From contig CAZQBY010000011.1 of assembly GCA_964592405.1 (NCBI GenBank), forward strand, positions 20,096 to 38,096: DNA of 18,001 bases. The letters are read 5' to 3'. Both the position numbers and the translations under genes were made by a program. Under the pieces are notes generated by a model that saw only the letters and a list, made by a program, of their open reading frames with translations, ran no database searches and was not told the DNA's origin. Within the stretch, counting starts at the first letter, position 1, and every line of letters begins with the position of its first letter. The stretch is from an uncultured archaeon. GTDB taxonomy: Archaea > Altiarchaeota > Altiarchaeia > JAFGQM01. Positions 1 through 8,209 of the stretch are shown piece after piece.

Positions 1-173
1 CGGGGTTTGGTTATCTTCTGGGTCATTCTTCTATTAGTTATAAAATAGGTCAAATAAAAAGAGGATTTTAAGGATTTATAAAGATTCACTGAGACGCCGG
101 AGTGGGCCCGAAGCGATGGAGTGATCCGGAGTGACTTTTTATTTTGTGAAAAGAAAATTAGCCTTGTTCCAAA

Positions 174-1793
174 ATGAGATCTGATATTCTCAAAAGGGGG
201 ATTGAGACTGCACCACACCGCTCCCTGCTGCGCGCAGATGGTCTGAATGATGAAGACTTTGAAAAGCCCTTTATTGGCATAGCAAACAGCTTTAATGATA
301 TAGTTCCGGGTCATATACATCTCAACAAGCTGACGCAGGAGGTCAAACGCGGAATACGCGATGCAGGAGGTGTTCCGTTTGAATGGGGCGTCCCAGGGGT
401 TTGCGATGGCATCGCAATGTTTGTTGAAATGCGGTTATCGCTCCCTTCACGCGACCATATAGCAGACAACATTGAGATAATGGTTCTGTCCCACAGCTTC
501 GACGGCTGGGTTGGTGTTACAAACTGCGACAAGATAACGCCCGGAATGCTGATGGCAGCAGGTAGATTGGATATACCCGCTATCCTTGTTACGGGTGGGC
601 CGATGAAGGCAGGGAATATCAATGGCAAAAAAGCAGATGTCATATCGGTCTTTGAAGAGGTGGGAAAAATCAAGGCAGGCAAGGCCGATGAAGAGGAGAT
701 GAAGCAGGTTGAGTGTTATTCCTGTCCCGGAGCCGGCAGCTGCGCTGGACTGTTCACTGCCAACTCTATGGCCTGCATGACTGAGACGCTGGGCATGTCG
801 CTGACGGGGTGTGCCACCACGCTGGCGGTGAATCCAAAGAAGCTGAAGCAGGCCTATGAAACAGGAAGGCGCGCAGTAGAGCTGGCAAAGAAGAACATCA
901 CGCCGCGGAAGATAATGACGGAGAACGCCTTTCACAACGCGGTCATGGTGGACATGGCCATAGGAGGCAGCACCAACACCGCGCTGCACCTGCCAGCTAT
1001 CGCGAAGGAGTGCGGCATAGAGCTTCCTTTAGAGGCCTTTGATGATATTGCGCGCAAGACGCCGAACATCTGCCACATCAGACCGGCAGGGCCGTATGTC
1101 ATGGAGGATCTGGACAAAGCAGGTGGGATACCCGGCGTTTTGAACCGGTTGAAAGACAGGCTCAAGAGCTCACCCACAGTCAATGGAAAGGATATCCTCG
1201 AAATTGCAGAGGAGTCTGAAGTCCTTGATGAAGAGATAATCCGGCCGCTGGACAGACCATTCTTTAGAGAAGGTGGCATAGCTGTTTTGAAGGGTAATCT
1301 GGCGGAGGCCTCAGTCATAAAACAGACGGCAGTTGAGCCAGAGGCCATGGTTCTGGAAGGCCCTGCACGCGTTTTTGAAAGCGAACAGGACCTCATGGAT
1401 GCAATATCCAAGGGAAAAATCAAGGAGGGCGACATTGTTGTAATACGGTATATGGGTCCGGCCGGAGCGCCGGGCATGCCCGAGATGCTCACGCCCACGT
1501 CGGCGATAAGCGGGGCAGGATTCAAGAAGGTCGCGCTGCTGACCGATGGACGATTCTCGGGCGGCACCCGGGGACCGTGTGTTGGACATATTGAGCCGGA
1601 GGCCTTTGTTGGCGGGCCACTGGCTGCGGTCAGGGATGGGGACATCATAGAGGTGAACATACCCAAGCGGAGGCTGAACGTCAGGCTCACCAGCGATGAG
1701 ATAAAAAAGAGATTGAAGAAGGCGAAGCCGCCCGAAAGGAAGATGAGTCCTGTGCTTAGGATGTATCGAGAGAATATACTGCATATGCGTTGA
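174..1793 (+). CDS. ilvD: Dihydroxy-acid dehydratase (IlvD/Edd family, Fe-S)
   Basis: 539 aa. Motifs: [72 protein letters not shown]. The C-terminus is slightly shorter than usual (ends [10 protein letters not shown]). Confidence 0.93.
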   Translation: MRSDILKRGIETAPHRSLLRADGLNDEDFEKPFIGIANSFNDIVPGHIHLNKLTQEVKRGIRDAGGVPFEWGVPGVCDGIAMFVEMRLSLPSRDHIADNIEIMVLSHSFDGWVGVTNCDKITPGMLMAAGRLDIPAILVTGGPMKAGNINGKKADVISVFEEVGKIKAGKADEEEMKQVECYSCPGAGSCAGLFTANSMACMTETLGMSLTGCATTLAVNPKKLKQAYETGRRAVELAKKNITPRKIMTENAFHNAVMVDMAIGGSTNTALHLPAIAKECGIELPLEAFDDIARKTPNICHIRPAGPYVMEDLDKAGGIPGVLNRLKDRLKSSPTVNGKDILEIAEESEVLDEEIIRPLDRPFFREGGIAVLKGNLAEASVIKQTAVEPEAMVLEGPARVFESEQDLMDAISKGKIKEGDIVVIRYMGPAGAPGMPEMLTPTSAISGAGFKKVALLTDGRFSGGTRGPCVGHIEPEAFVGGPLAAVRDGDIIEVNIPKRRLNVRLTSDEIKKRLKKAKPPERKMSPVLRMYRENILHMR

Positions 1794-1873
1794 GGTGCTA
1801 AGTCAGGCATAAGTCCGGCATATTAGCTATAAGGGAGTGAAGATGACAGGACACACCCAAAGACTGGTGATTC

Positions 1874-3547
1874 CTATGCAAAGTTTATCTGCCTCATCTG
1901 CATCGACTGTAAGTCAAGTATTGGCACCTGACACGGCGTGGGGATGTGGCCCTGCTGCTGCTGATAATCTGTCTGGGCCTGCCATGTTCCCGAATTTATG
2001 ATCCTGATGCCCCTGTAGTTGGCATAGCCGTTCTTATGGACATGACCACAGTGAAAGACATCCGGTACAAAATCTATGACCATGTAATCCTTCTCCTCGG
2101 GAGCTATCTGCTCCTTTGTCCCGTATATGGGGGAGAGGTGTCGCTTCTTTAGATATTCCACCTGTGCCCGCTCCGGCTTGTCATAGGAAAGATGTGGCAG
2201 CGCAGATATGAGGGCATCCATGGATGTACCATGATACATCAGAACATCGACACCATGAACCCTGACATGAGCAGGATTGCCAACCAAGTGGAAGTTTGGC
2301 AGCTCTTCTAATGGTTCAAGAAAATGTGCCAGTGAGGGCTGGGGCTCAGCCCTCCTTACTGCATCGTGATTGCCTGCTGCCACTATAACCTCTATATAGC
2401 TTGGTATTTCCTCCATCAGCCTTGAGAGATAGTTGTACTGCTTGTAGATATCAGGTATCGCCAGCTCGCTCTCCTGGCCGGGATATATTCCTATACCATC
2501 CACCAAATCGCCCGCAATGAAGAGATATTTTATCGATTCGGCCACCTCCCTGCGGTTGCCGTTACCCCTGAGATTCAGCCAGTCCAAGAAGCGCCGGAAT
2601 TCCCGCTCCTTGAACAGAAGGGAACCCACATGTATGTCTGATGTGAAGGCTATTGATACAGGGTCCTCACACTCCGCCGGCTGCTTTGTCATCGGAATAT
2701 CCGGCTCTATGATTTCCTTGGCTAGGAACAGATCGCCCTTGGGAACCCCCACCACACCTATGACCTCATCCTCGACAAGAATCGTTCTCCTCTTGGCAGC
2801 GTCACTGCTGTCAACCACAAGCACAGTTCCGGTCGGGTCCTCTATCTCAATGAGCTGGTTGTTGTTCTTGGACCGGCGCAGTTGCCTTACCATTCCGATA
2901 ACCTTGACCTCCTGATTCTGGTATTTTGAGAGGTTTTCAATATCCACCGCATCCTTGAGATTGACACGGTTCATGAGGATATTTCTCAGCCGCTTGTAAC
3001 GATCGCGGAACAAGTCAATGAAGTTCTTTACTGTCCCCTCTGAAATCGAATTTCCGGTAATGTCCTTAGCCCTGTCTATTTCAATTCTGGCCTCAATAGT
3101 GGAGGCAAGTGCCGGCCTGCCCTTCTTTACGACAAATGAGAACTCTTCTCTTCCCTCCTCCGGAAAGAACTCCTCCACAAACTCTTTTGTCACCAAGAAG
3201 ACATTCTTCTCCCGTGCCCTTTCAATAATCTTATGCGGGTCTATCCTCCGCTCTCTTATAACATCTACTGCCAGCCCGCTAAGCAGTATCCCCGAGCCGA
3301 GAAATACATCAGTTATTCTCCTCTGGCCGCTGTCCCTTTCATCACTCTCACCATTGCCTCCCATGTCCCTGTCCTTCTGCTTATTATCTGCATTGTCAGC
3401 TCCATTACTGGCCCTCTTACTCTTATCTGACCCCTTGGGTGACTCTTCAACAACAGACTGCCCTTCTTTCACTCCTCCAAGCTGGACCCTGACCTCCGGC
3501 TCGGTCTTGATCTCCCATCCGTATTTTAGCAGAGAATCAGAACTCAC
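1874..3547 (-). CDS. polB: DNA polymerase D small (proofreading exonuclease) subunit DP1
   Basis: Calcineurin-like phosphoesterase motifs SDIHVGS, AGDLVDGIGIYPGQ, GNHDAVRRAEPQP, YHG, HCGHVH, NSGTWQAQTDYQ; OB-fold region VIGMV...IEDPTG; F-DRY-RL motif. Start is uncertain: TTG 3565 (ORF track), GTG 3547 (about 25 nt below a minus-strand TTTAAA box at 3570-3575, preferred) or ATG 3364. Confidence 0.95.
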   Translation of the reverse strand: MSSDSLLKYGWEIKTEPEVRVQLGGVKEGQSVVEESPKGSDKSKRASNGADNADNKQKDRDMGGNGESDERDSGQRRITDVFLGSGILLSGLAVDVIRERRIDPHKIIERAREKNVFLVTKEFVEEFFPEEGREEFSFVVKKGRPALASTIEARIEIDRAKDITGNSISEGTVKNFIDLFRDRYKRLRNILMNRVNLKDAVDIENLSKYQNQEVKVIGMVRQLRRSKNNNQLIEIEDPTGTVLVVDSSDAAKRRTILVEDEVIGVVGVPKGDLFLAKEIIEPDIPMTKQPAECEDPVSIAFTSDIHVGSLLFKEREFRRFLDWLNLRGNGNRREVAESIKYLFIAGDLVDGIGIYPGQESELAIPDIYKQYNYLSRLMEEIPSYIEVIVAAGNHDAVRRAEPQPSLAHFLEPLEELPNFHLVGNPAHVRVHGVDVLMYHGTSMDALISALPHLSYDKPERAQVEYLKKRHLSPIYGTKEQIAPEEKDYMVIDFVPDVFHCGHVHKNGYANYRGIRIINSGTWQAQTDYQQQQGHIPTPCQVPILDLQSMQMRQINFA

Positions 3548-3627
3548 AGGGTTTTTACATCTCAAATCATTTAAATATTTTTTATCAAATATTATTTTGA
3601 GTTTATTAAACAGTATCTCATTGACAG

Positions 3628-3912
3628 ATGGCTCTGAATATCATTCCGCTTCTGGCACTGGTAGTGGGGCTGTATCTTATTTTTCAGACTGACAAACAGA
3701 GTGATGGGGGGGCAAAGGCTCTTTACGCCTTCGCAGGGGTGGTAGCCGTCCTGTGGTCTCTTTTTACCGTTCTTGGGGCTTATACCATACGCCTTAGCGC
3801 CATGCCACTGGCATTTGGGTTGTTTGCCCTTGCAACCATCTACACAAAGGGCGCAACACGGGCAGTTTCAGGGGCAGTGGCACTCCTGCTGTTCCTGGTT
3901 ATCATCCTCTAA
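3628..3912 (+). CDS. Small membrane protein, about 4 TM helices, unknown family (paralog 1)
   Basis: 94 aa, ATG start, four hydrophobic segments, fills the gap after an AT-rich promoter region. Shares Y-x3-G-x5-WS and YTKGxT motifs with the next ORF. Confidence 0.8.
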   Translation: MALNIIPLLALVVGLYLIFQTDKQSDGGAKALYAFAGVVAVLWSLFTVLGAYTIRLSAMPLAFGLFALATIYTKGATRAVSGAVALLLFLVIIL

Positions 3913-3970
3913 GGGTTTGGTTGAGGCCGGGATTGGGGCTGAGTTTGAAGCAGGTTGGAGCTGAGTTGGC

Positions 3971-4015
3971 GCCGAAACAGTATTTTTATAGAAGTAACCA
4001 CTAATTAGTGGTAAC
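3971..4015 (+). promoter_or_regulatory. Putative archaeal promoter (BRE-like CGAAA, TATA box TTTTTATA) with a downstream palindromic operator
   Basis: CGAAA at 3973-3977, TTTTTATA at 3983-3990, then perfect inverted repeat ACCACTAATTAGTGGT at 3997-4012 over the expected transcription start of the 4036 gene. Confidence 0.6.
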
Positions 4016-4035
4016 AAAAATAGGGAGTTTGTGGG

Positions 4036-4314
4036 ATGATTACACCGGCTTTTGCCAGCATGGTGCTGGGTTTTGCTCTGATGCTGGTATCTGCCACATC
4101 CAAGGATGAAAAGTGGCAGGTAGCCTATGGTGTGCTCGGCCTGATATTCATATTCTGGAGCTTCGGCTGGTTTGGGCTAGGCAGGGTTGTCAGGAGCCTC
4201 GTGCCAGCGCTCACGCTGCTCTTTGGGTTCACTAGCCTTTATACCAAAGGAAGCACACAGCTGCTGTCCATAATCATCACGATCATATTATTCTACCAGA
4301 TATTCTATGTTTAA
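4036..4314 (+). CDS. Small membrane protein, about 4 TM helices, unknown family (paralog 2)
   Basis: 92 aa, GGGAG upstream of the ATG, four hydrophobic segments. Alignable end-to-end with 3628..3912 (LYTKGST vs IYTKGAT; FWSF vs LWSL). Confidence 0.8.
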   Translation: MITPAFASMVLGFALMLVSATSKDEKWQVAYGVLGLIFIFWSFGWFGLGRVVRSLVPALTLLFGFTSLYTKGSTQLLSIIITIILFYQIFYV

Positions 4315-4340
4315 GAACCGGATATTCTAAGTCTAAGAAG

Positions 4341-4649
4341 ATGGATTTGACGTTGGCCATTATCGGACTCTTCATCCTTGCGGCAGTAGTCAAGAACAAG
4401 GACTTTGAGAAGGAGGAGTTCAAAGAGAAGCGCAACTTCCTGACCATAAGCACCCTGTTTTTGATTCTCGGTGGCATAGGCTTTTTGTTTCCACCAAGCA
4501 CGCACATATTCCCAAACCAGAGTCTTCTGGTATTTTTCCTTGCAGGTTGTGCTGCAATGACAATCGGCTCGGAAGGGCCCGGAATGCTCCTCACAAGGAT
4601 AGCATGGGTTACCCTCCTGACATTTGTAATCATGGGGTCATTCATGTAG
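4341..4649 (+). CDS. Small membrane protein, about 4 TM helices, unknown family (possible distant paralog 3)
   Basis: 102 aa, four hydrophobic segments with a strongly charged first loop (KNKDFEKEEFKEKR). Co-oriented, 26 nt after the previous gene. Confidence 0.72.
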   Translation: MDLTLAIIGLFILAAVVKNKDFEKEEFKEKRNFLTISTLFLILGGIGFLFPPSTHIFPNQSLLVFFLAGCAAMTIGSEGPGMLLTRIAWVTLLTFVIMGSFM

Positions 4650-4683
4650 GTTTTTAAAGCCCGATGTGCAGAATAGTAGGCAT

Positions 4684-5532
4684 ATGGCTAATCTTGTTGT
4701 CATCGGAGGGGTGGCTCTGGACTATCTTTCTAGGGTCAAGGACCTGAAAGCCCGATGCACACAGATACTGGAATACAGCGAAAACATAGGTGGAATGGCA
4801 TTTAACACGGCCATTACGACGGCAAGGCTGGGTGTCAGAACATGGCTTGTATCTTCTGTCGGCAGGGACCTTCCAGAAATGAAAACCGTGGAGAATCTGG
4901 TTTATGCTCTGCATATGAGCAACCAGCCGACAACCCGCAGCTTTCTTTTCTTTGATGATACTGACGAGAAGATTTATTTTTACAGAGGGGCCTATCATGA
5001 CATAGATGTGGTAAGGGCCAGCAGGTTGATAAGCAAGGCTGACTGGGTGCACTTCGCCGGTGTAGCGCCGTGCTTCTCCGAGCTTATCAAGACAGCAGAT
5101 CATGAAGACAAGATAGTCAGTTGTAATCCCGGCTATGATCTGTTTCACTATGATCCAAAGGACAGGGTAGTCAGCGATCTGGTCGAAAAGAGCGATTTCC
5201 TTATACTCAGCTCCAGTGAGGTCAGCCATCTCAACCGGCCGGTGGATGCAATGGTGAACGGAGCAATAATAGTGACCATGGGGAAGAGCGGATCCATGGT
5301 GGTGACAAAGAAGGGCAGAACGCAGATAGCAGCTTATACAGTGGATGTAAGCTCACCGTTTGGTGCAGGAGACACCTACACGGGGACATTTATAGCAAGC
5401 ATGCTGAGAGAGGATGATCTGATAAAGGCGGCCAAAATGGCAAGTGCTGCTGGTTCTTTTGCGGTTGAGGAACAAACCACGACGCCCAAACTAGACTGGA
5501 AAAGGATAGAAAAAAGGGCCAAGAAATTATAG
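4684..5532 (+). CDS. PfkB/ribokinase-family kinase, most similar in motif pattern to archaeal nucleoside kinases
   Basis: IGGVALD, GGMAFNTA (GG switch plus N), VGRD, NPGYDL, VTMGKSGS, FGAGDTY (anion hole, catalytic Asp). ATG 4684 is preferred over GTG 4666 because TTTTTAAA lies at 4651-4658. Confidence 0.88.
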   Translation: MANLVVIGGVALDYLSRVKDLKARCTQILEYSENIGGMAFNTAITTARLGVRTWLVSSVGRDLPEMKTVENLVYALHMSNQPTTRSFLFFDDTDEKIYFYRGAYHDIDVVRASRLISKADWVHFAGVAPCFSELIKTADHEDKIVSCNPGYDLFHYDPKDRVVSDLVEKSDFLILSSSEVSHLNRPVDAMVNGAIIVTMGKSGSMVVTKKGRTQIAAYTVDVSSPFGAGDTYTGTFIASMLREDDLIKAAKMASAAGSFAVEEQTTTPKLDWKRIEKRAKKL

Positions 5533-5547
5533 ACGAAGTTATAGATT

Positions 5548-6801
5548 TTAGAGCTCCTTCAGTAACTCCTGAGCCCTGTGCATACGTATGTTTTTCTCTT
5601 CTATCATTTTCTTCGCAACAGCCTCAATCTGCTCGCCCTTGGCACCTGCCATAACAGCTATATTGCGCGCATGAAGGGACATATGCCCCTTCTGGATACC
5701 CTCAGTTGCCAGTGCCCTCAGGGCTGCAAAGTTCTGTGCCAGACCAACCGCTGCAAAGACTTCACCCATCTCTTTGGCACTTTTGACGCCAAGTATCTTC
5801 TGGCATACCTTGAAGGCCGGGTGCACCTTGGTTGCACCACCCACAGTCCCAACAGCCATGGGAATCTCTATTTCGCCTACAAGATCTCCCTCTTTGTTCT
5901 TGTAATATCTGGTAAGTGGTTTGTAGTGCTCCATGGCTGCATATGTATGTGCTCCTGCCTCAATGGCCCTGTGGTCCTGACCGGTCGCTATGGCCACCGC
6001 CACTATACCGTTCATTATCCCCTTGTTGTGGGTAGCACAACGGTATATATCATTCAGTGCGAACAGATACGCCTTTATAACATCATCAACTGCGTCTTTC
6101 CCTCCTATTGCCTCCTTGGCAAAGACTGCCCTAGCCTTGGCCATGCGATGAACAGCCAGATTGGATATAATCCTGAGCAGAGCCCTCCCGCCGCTCAGTT
6201 CTTCCAATACGGGCGCTATTGCCTCAGCCATGGTATTTACTGCATTAGCACCCATAGCGTCCCTCACATCAACCAGCAAGTGGATTCTGAGCATCGGACC
6301 CTGCTCTGTGTCAATGATCTTGACTTTCAGGTCTCTAGGCCCTCCACCAAACTTGACCAAAACCGGATCCTGCTCCTTTGCCAAGTCCAAAATACGGTCC
6401 TTGTTTTGGATTATGCGCTCTTTTGCATCATTTGCATTTTGGATATCAACAAGTTGTACCTGTCCTATCATAATCGGATCAGTGCTTTCAGTGTAGAAGC
6501 CTCCCTTCACGCGTGCCATCTTGGCGGCATTTGACGCAGCTGCAACAACAGAGGATTCTTCAATTGCCATTGGTATAAGATAATCCCTTCCATTTATCTT
6601 GAAATTTGTGGCGATTCCCAAGGGTAGCCCCATAACACCAATGACATTCTCTATTATAATGTTCAGGGTATCCATATCCAAACTCCCCGTATCAGAGAGC
6701 AAACGGGCTTCTTCATCCGTTAATCCGGCAAAATTCTTCACAATACTGAGCCGCTCTTCCGGACTCAGTTTATAGAACCCCGGTATTGATGATTTTTTCA
6801 T
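5548..6801 (-). CDS. hmgA: 3-hydroxy-3-methylglutaryl-CoA reductase, class II (bacterial/Archaeoglobus type)
   Basis: 417 aa. Motifs: GFYKL, ENVIG, PMAIEESSVVAAAS, DAMGANAVNT, ILRIISN-like LRIISNL, THNKGIMNG, GQDHRAIEAGAH, GLAQNFAALRAL, EGIQKGHMSLHARN. Confidence 0.95.
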   Translation of the reverse strand: MKKSSIPGFYKLSPEERLSIVKNFAGLTDEEARLLSDTGSLDMDTLNIIIENVIGVMGLPLGIATNFKINGRDYLIPMAIEESSVVAAASNAAKMARVKGGFYTESTDPIMIGQVQLVDIQNANDAKERIIQNKDRILDLAKEQDPVLVKFGGGPRDLKVKIIDTEQGPMLRIHLLVDVRDAMGANAVNTMAEAIAPVLEELSGGRALLRIISNLAVHRMAKARAVFAKEAIGGKDAVDDVIKAYLFALNDIYRCATHNKGIMNGIVAVAIATGQDHRAIEAGAHTYAAMEHYKPLTRYYKNKEGDLVGEIEIPMAVGTVGGATKVHPAFKVCQKILGVKSAKEMGEVFAAVGLAQNFAALRALATEGIQKGHMSLHARNIAVMAGAKGEQIEAVAKKMIEEKNIRMHRAQELLKEL

Positions 6802-6813
6802 TTTGTTTCTTTT

Positions 6814-7056
6814 TTATTTTGACTTTGAAAATTGCTGGAAAACAGCGGAGCCTATTTTCACCTCCCTGAGGGACGAGTTCAAGGCTGCGCGCAGAGCGCC
6901 CGGATCCCTGGCACCTATGTTAAGGATGAGGTCATTGCCTTCAACCGAAATCCCCACAGAGCTACGGCTTCCGGGTTTTTTGTCTACGGACATCGCCCTC
7001 CGGATTATCTTGGCCTCCTCCGGACTAGCCAGGGACACCCTTACACAGGCTTCCAT
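6814..7056 (-). CDS. pcc1: KEOPS complex subunit Pcc1
   Basis: 80 aa from ATG 7056 (1 nt after the rpoP stop). Pcc1 motif L-I-ARDPGALRAALNS-LR; conserved position after rpoP. Confidence 0.85.
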   Translation of the reverse strand: MEACVRVSLASPEEAKIIRRAMSVDKKPGSRSSVGISVEGNDLILNIGARDPGALRAALNSSLREVKIGSAVFQQFSKSK

Positions 7057-7057
7057 C

Positions 7058-7189
7058 CTACTCGGCGGGTAGCTCCTTGACCCGGTTACTCCCACGCTTT
7101 ATAAGGATTCGTCCACTACAGTAGGGGCAGACCGTCCTTGCGATGTTTTCCACCACCTTTCCACATTTCTGACAGATATATTCGCCCAT
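7058..7189 (-). CDS. rpoP: DNA-directed RNA polymerase subunit P (Rpo12)
   Basis: 43 aa MGEYICQKCG...CPYCSGRILIKR zinc ribbon, from the internal ATG at 7189 (the ORF track extends to 7285). Conserved position after rpl37ae. Confidence 0.92.
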   Translation of the reverse strand: MGEYICQKCGKVVENIARTVCPYCSGRILIKRGSNRVKELPAE

Positions 7190-7229
7190 TTTGAGTATGA
7201 CCAGTGGTTGAGTATAGCCGGTATAATCC

Positions 7230-7433
7230 TTATGTATTCGCAGTGTATGCGCCACCAGTGAACTTGCCACAGTTCGGACACTCATATATCCCGGCAGCTA
7301 TTCTCTTCACCCTCTTGCCACACTCTGGACATTCTTGTCTGGAACGCTGTTTCTTCTCTATCCCTATAACACGCGCGCGGATTTTTCTGCCATATCGTGG
7401 GCCAAATTTCCCGCCATATTTCTTTTCGGTCAT
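7230..7433 (-). CDS. rpl37ae: 50S ribosomal protein L37Ae (eL43)
   Basis: GKFGPRYGRKIR, CPEC...VKRIAAGIYECPNC...FTGGAY. Overlaps the rrp42 stop by 4 nt. Confidence 0.95.
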   Translation of the reverse strand: MTEKKYGGKFGPRYGRKIRARVIGIEKKQRSRQECPECGKRVKRIAAGIYECPNCGKFTGGAYTANT

Positions 7434-8209
7434 TTTATCAGCTTCTTGACATCCTTGTATTTGGCCATGGCTTTATCAACCATGATGGATATCTCATCCG
7501 GTTTGAAGGCACCTGTCTCTCCCTTCTGCATCGCATGTAGCCTTTTGCCGGTGGTGCCAACGGTAAACCTCGCATCCATGGCAAACTCCTCATCGAGGAT
7601 CGGATCCAGAACAATCCCACTGCCTATCTTCGCGAATGTGAAGGAAATCGGCACATTGCTTATTGGCAGATCCATGGATTTTTCCTCCCTTATTACGGTC
7701 CCGTCCTCATACTTTGGAACCCATGCCGTTTTCAGGGCTGCTACAGCTGCCAGGTTTGATGCATCAAGCAGATTGCCGTCATGGTTGAGAATGTGCAGGT
7801 CTATAGAGACTATCCACACAGTCTCGCCCGGCTCAATAACTAGCTTCTCCAGATCTATCATGTGTGATTCCCGTATAGCCCGGTCAACAACCCTGGCCAG
7901 TTCTATGGCATCCTCACCCGGTCTTCCAGTCTCAAAGGTTGGATCAGCTATTGGGACGAGTTCGGCTGCAGTCATCATAACACCTGACTCCAGCTGGTCC
8001 GGATATGGCTCGCCCGTCAGCAGTTTTATTCCACAGAGGACATCTGTGTTGCCGAGCTTCACATGAGCACTTCCCTCTGCCTTGACGTCTATCACATTGG
8101 TTTCTATGGATATCTCACGAATGTCATCAAAGCCCCTTCCATCTATGCGCCTGTTATCCTCAATCAGGCGCCCTACAAAATGCCTCTTTAGTTCTCTGTC
8201 TATGTTCAT
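7430..8209 (-). CDS. rrp42: Exosome complex component Rrp42
   Basis: RNase PH fold: [56 protein letters not shown]. Follows rrp41. Confidence 0.95.
   Translation of the reverse strand: MNIDRELKRHFVGRLIEDNRRIDGRGFDDIREISIETNVIDVKAEGSAHVKLGNTDVLCGIKLLTGEPYPDQLESGVMMTAAELVPIADPTFETGRPGEDAIELARVVDRAIRESHMIDLEKLVIEPGETVWIVSIDLHILNHDGNLLDASNLAAVAALKTAWVPKYEDGTVIREEKSMDLPISNVPISFTFAKIGSGIVLDPILDEEFAMDARFTVGTTGKRLHAMQKGETGAFKPDEISIMVDKAMAKYKDVKKLIK

Noticed and set aside
96-140. GCCGGAGTGG... resembles the 5' end of a tRNA
   Set aside because: No T-arm GTTCRA motif, no acceptor-stem complement and no cloverleaf.
932-1810. Long antisense ORFs over ilvD (also 311..682, 447..989, 1311..1784)
   Set aside because: They are shadows of a well-conserved gene on the opposite strand and have no recognisable motifs.
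3566-3627. AT-rich stretch upstream of DP1 as a possible replication origin
   Set aside because: Only about 60 bp, no ORB repeats with a G-string and no cdc6/orc1 nearby. It is explained as a divergent promoter.
3-3922. GGGTTTGGTT at 3-12 and 3913-3922; AAAGCCCGATG at 4656-4666 and 4747-4757
   Set aside because: Isolated 10-11-mer matches are expected by chance in 18 kb, with no regular spacing or CRISPR-like structure.
5578-6534. 318-aa + strand ORF opposite hmgA; similarly 13807..14613 opposite pdxS, 7335..8066 opposite rrp42 and 3018..3692 opposite DP1
   Set aside because: They lie wholly or mostly over confidently identified genes on the other strand, have atypical composition and are expected from codon bias.
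7058-7285. Apparent N-terminal extensions on rpoP (to 7285), pcc1 (to 7095) and psmA (to 11060)
   Set aside because: Artefacts of longest-ORF calling. Internal ATGs give canonical sizes and avoid overlaps.
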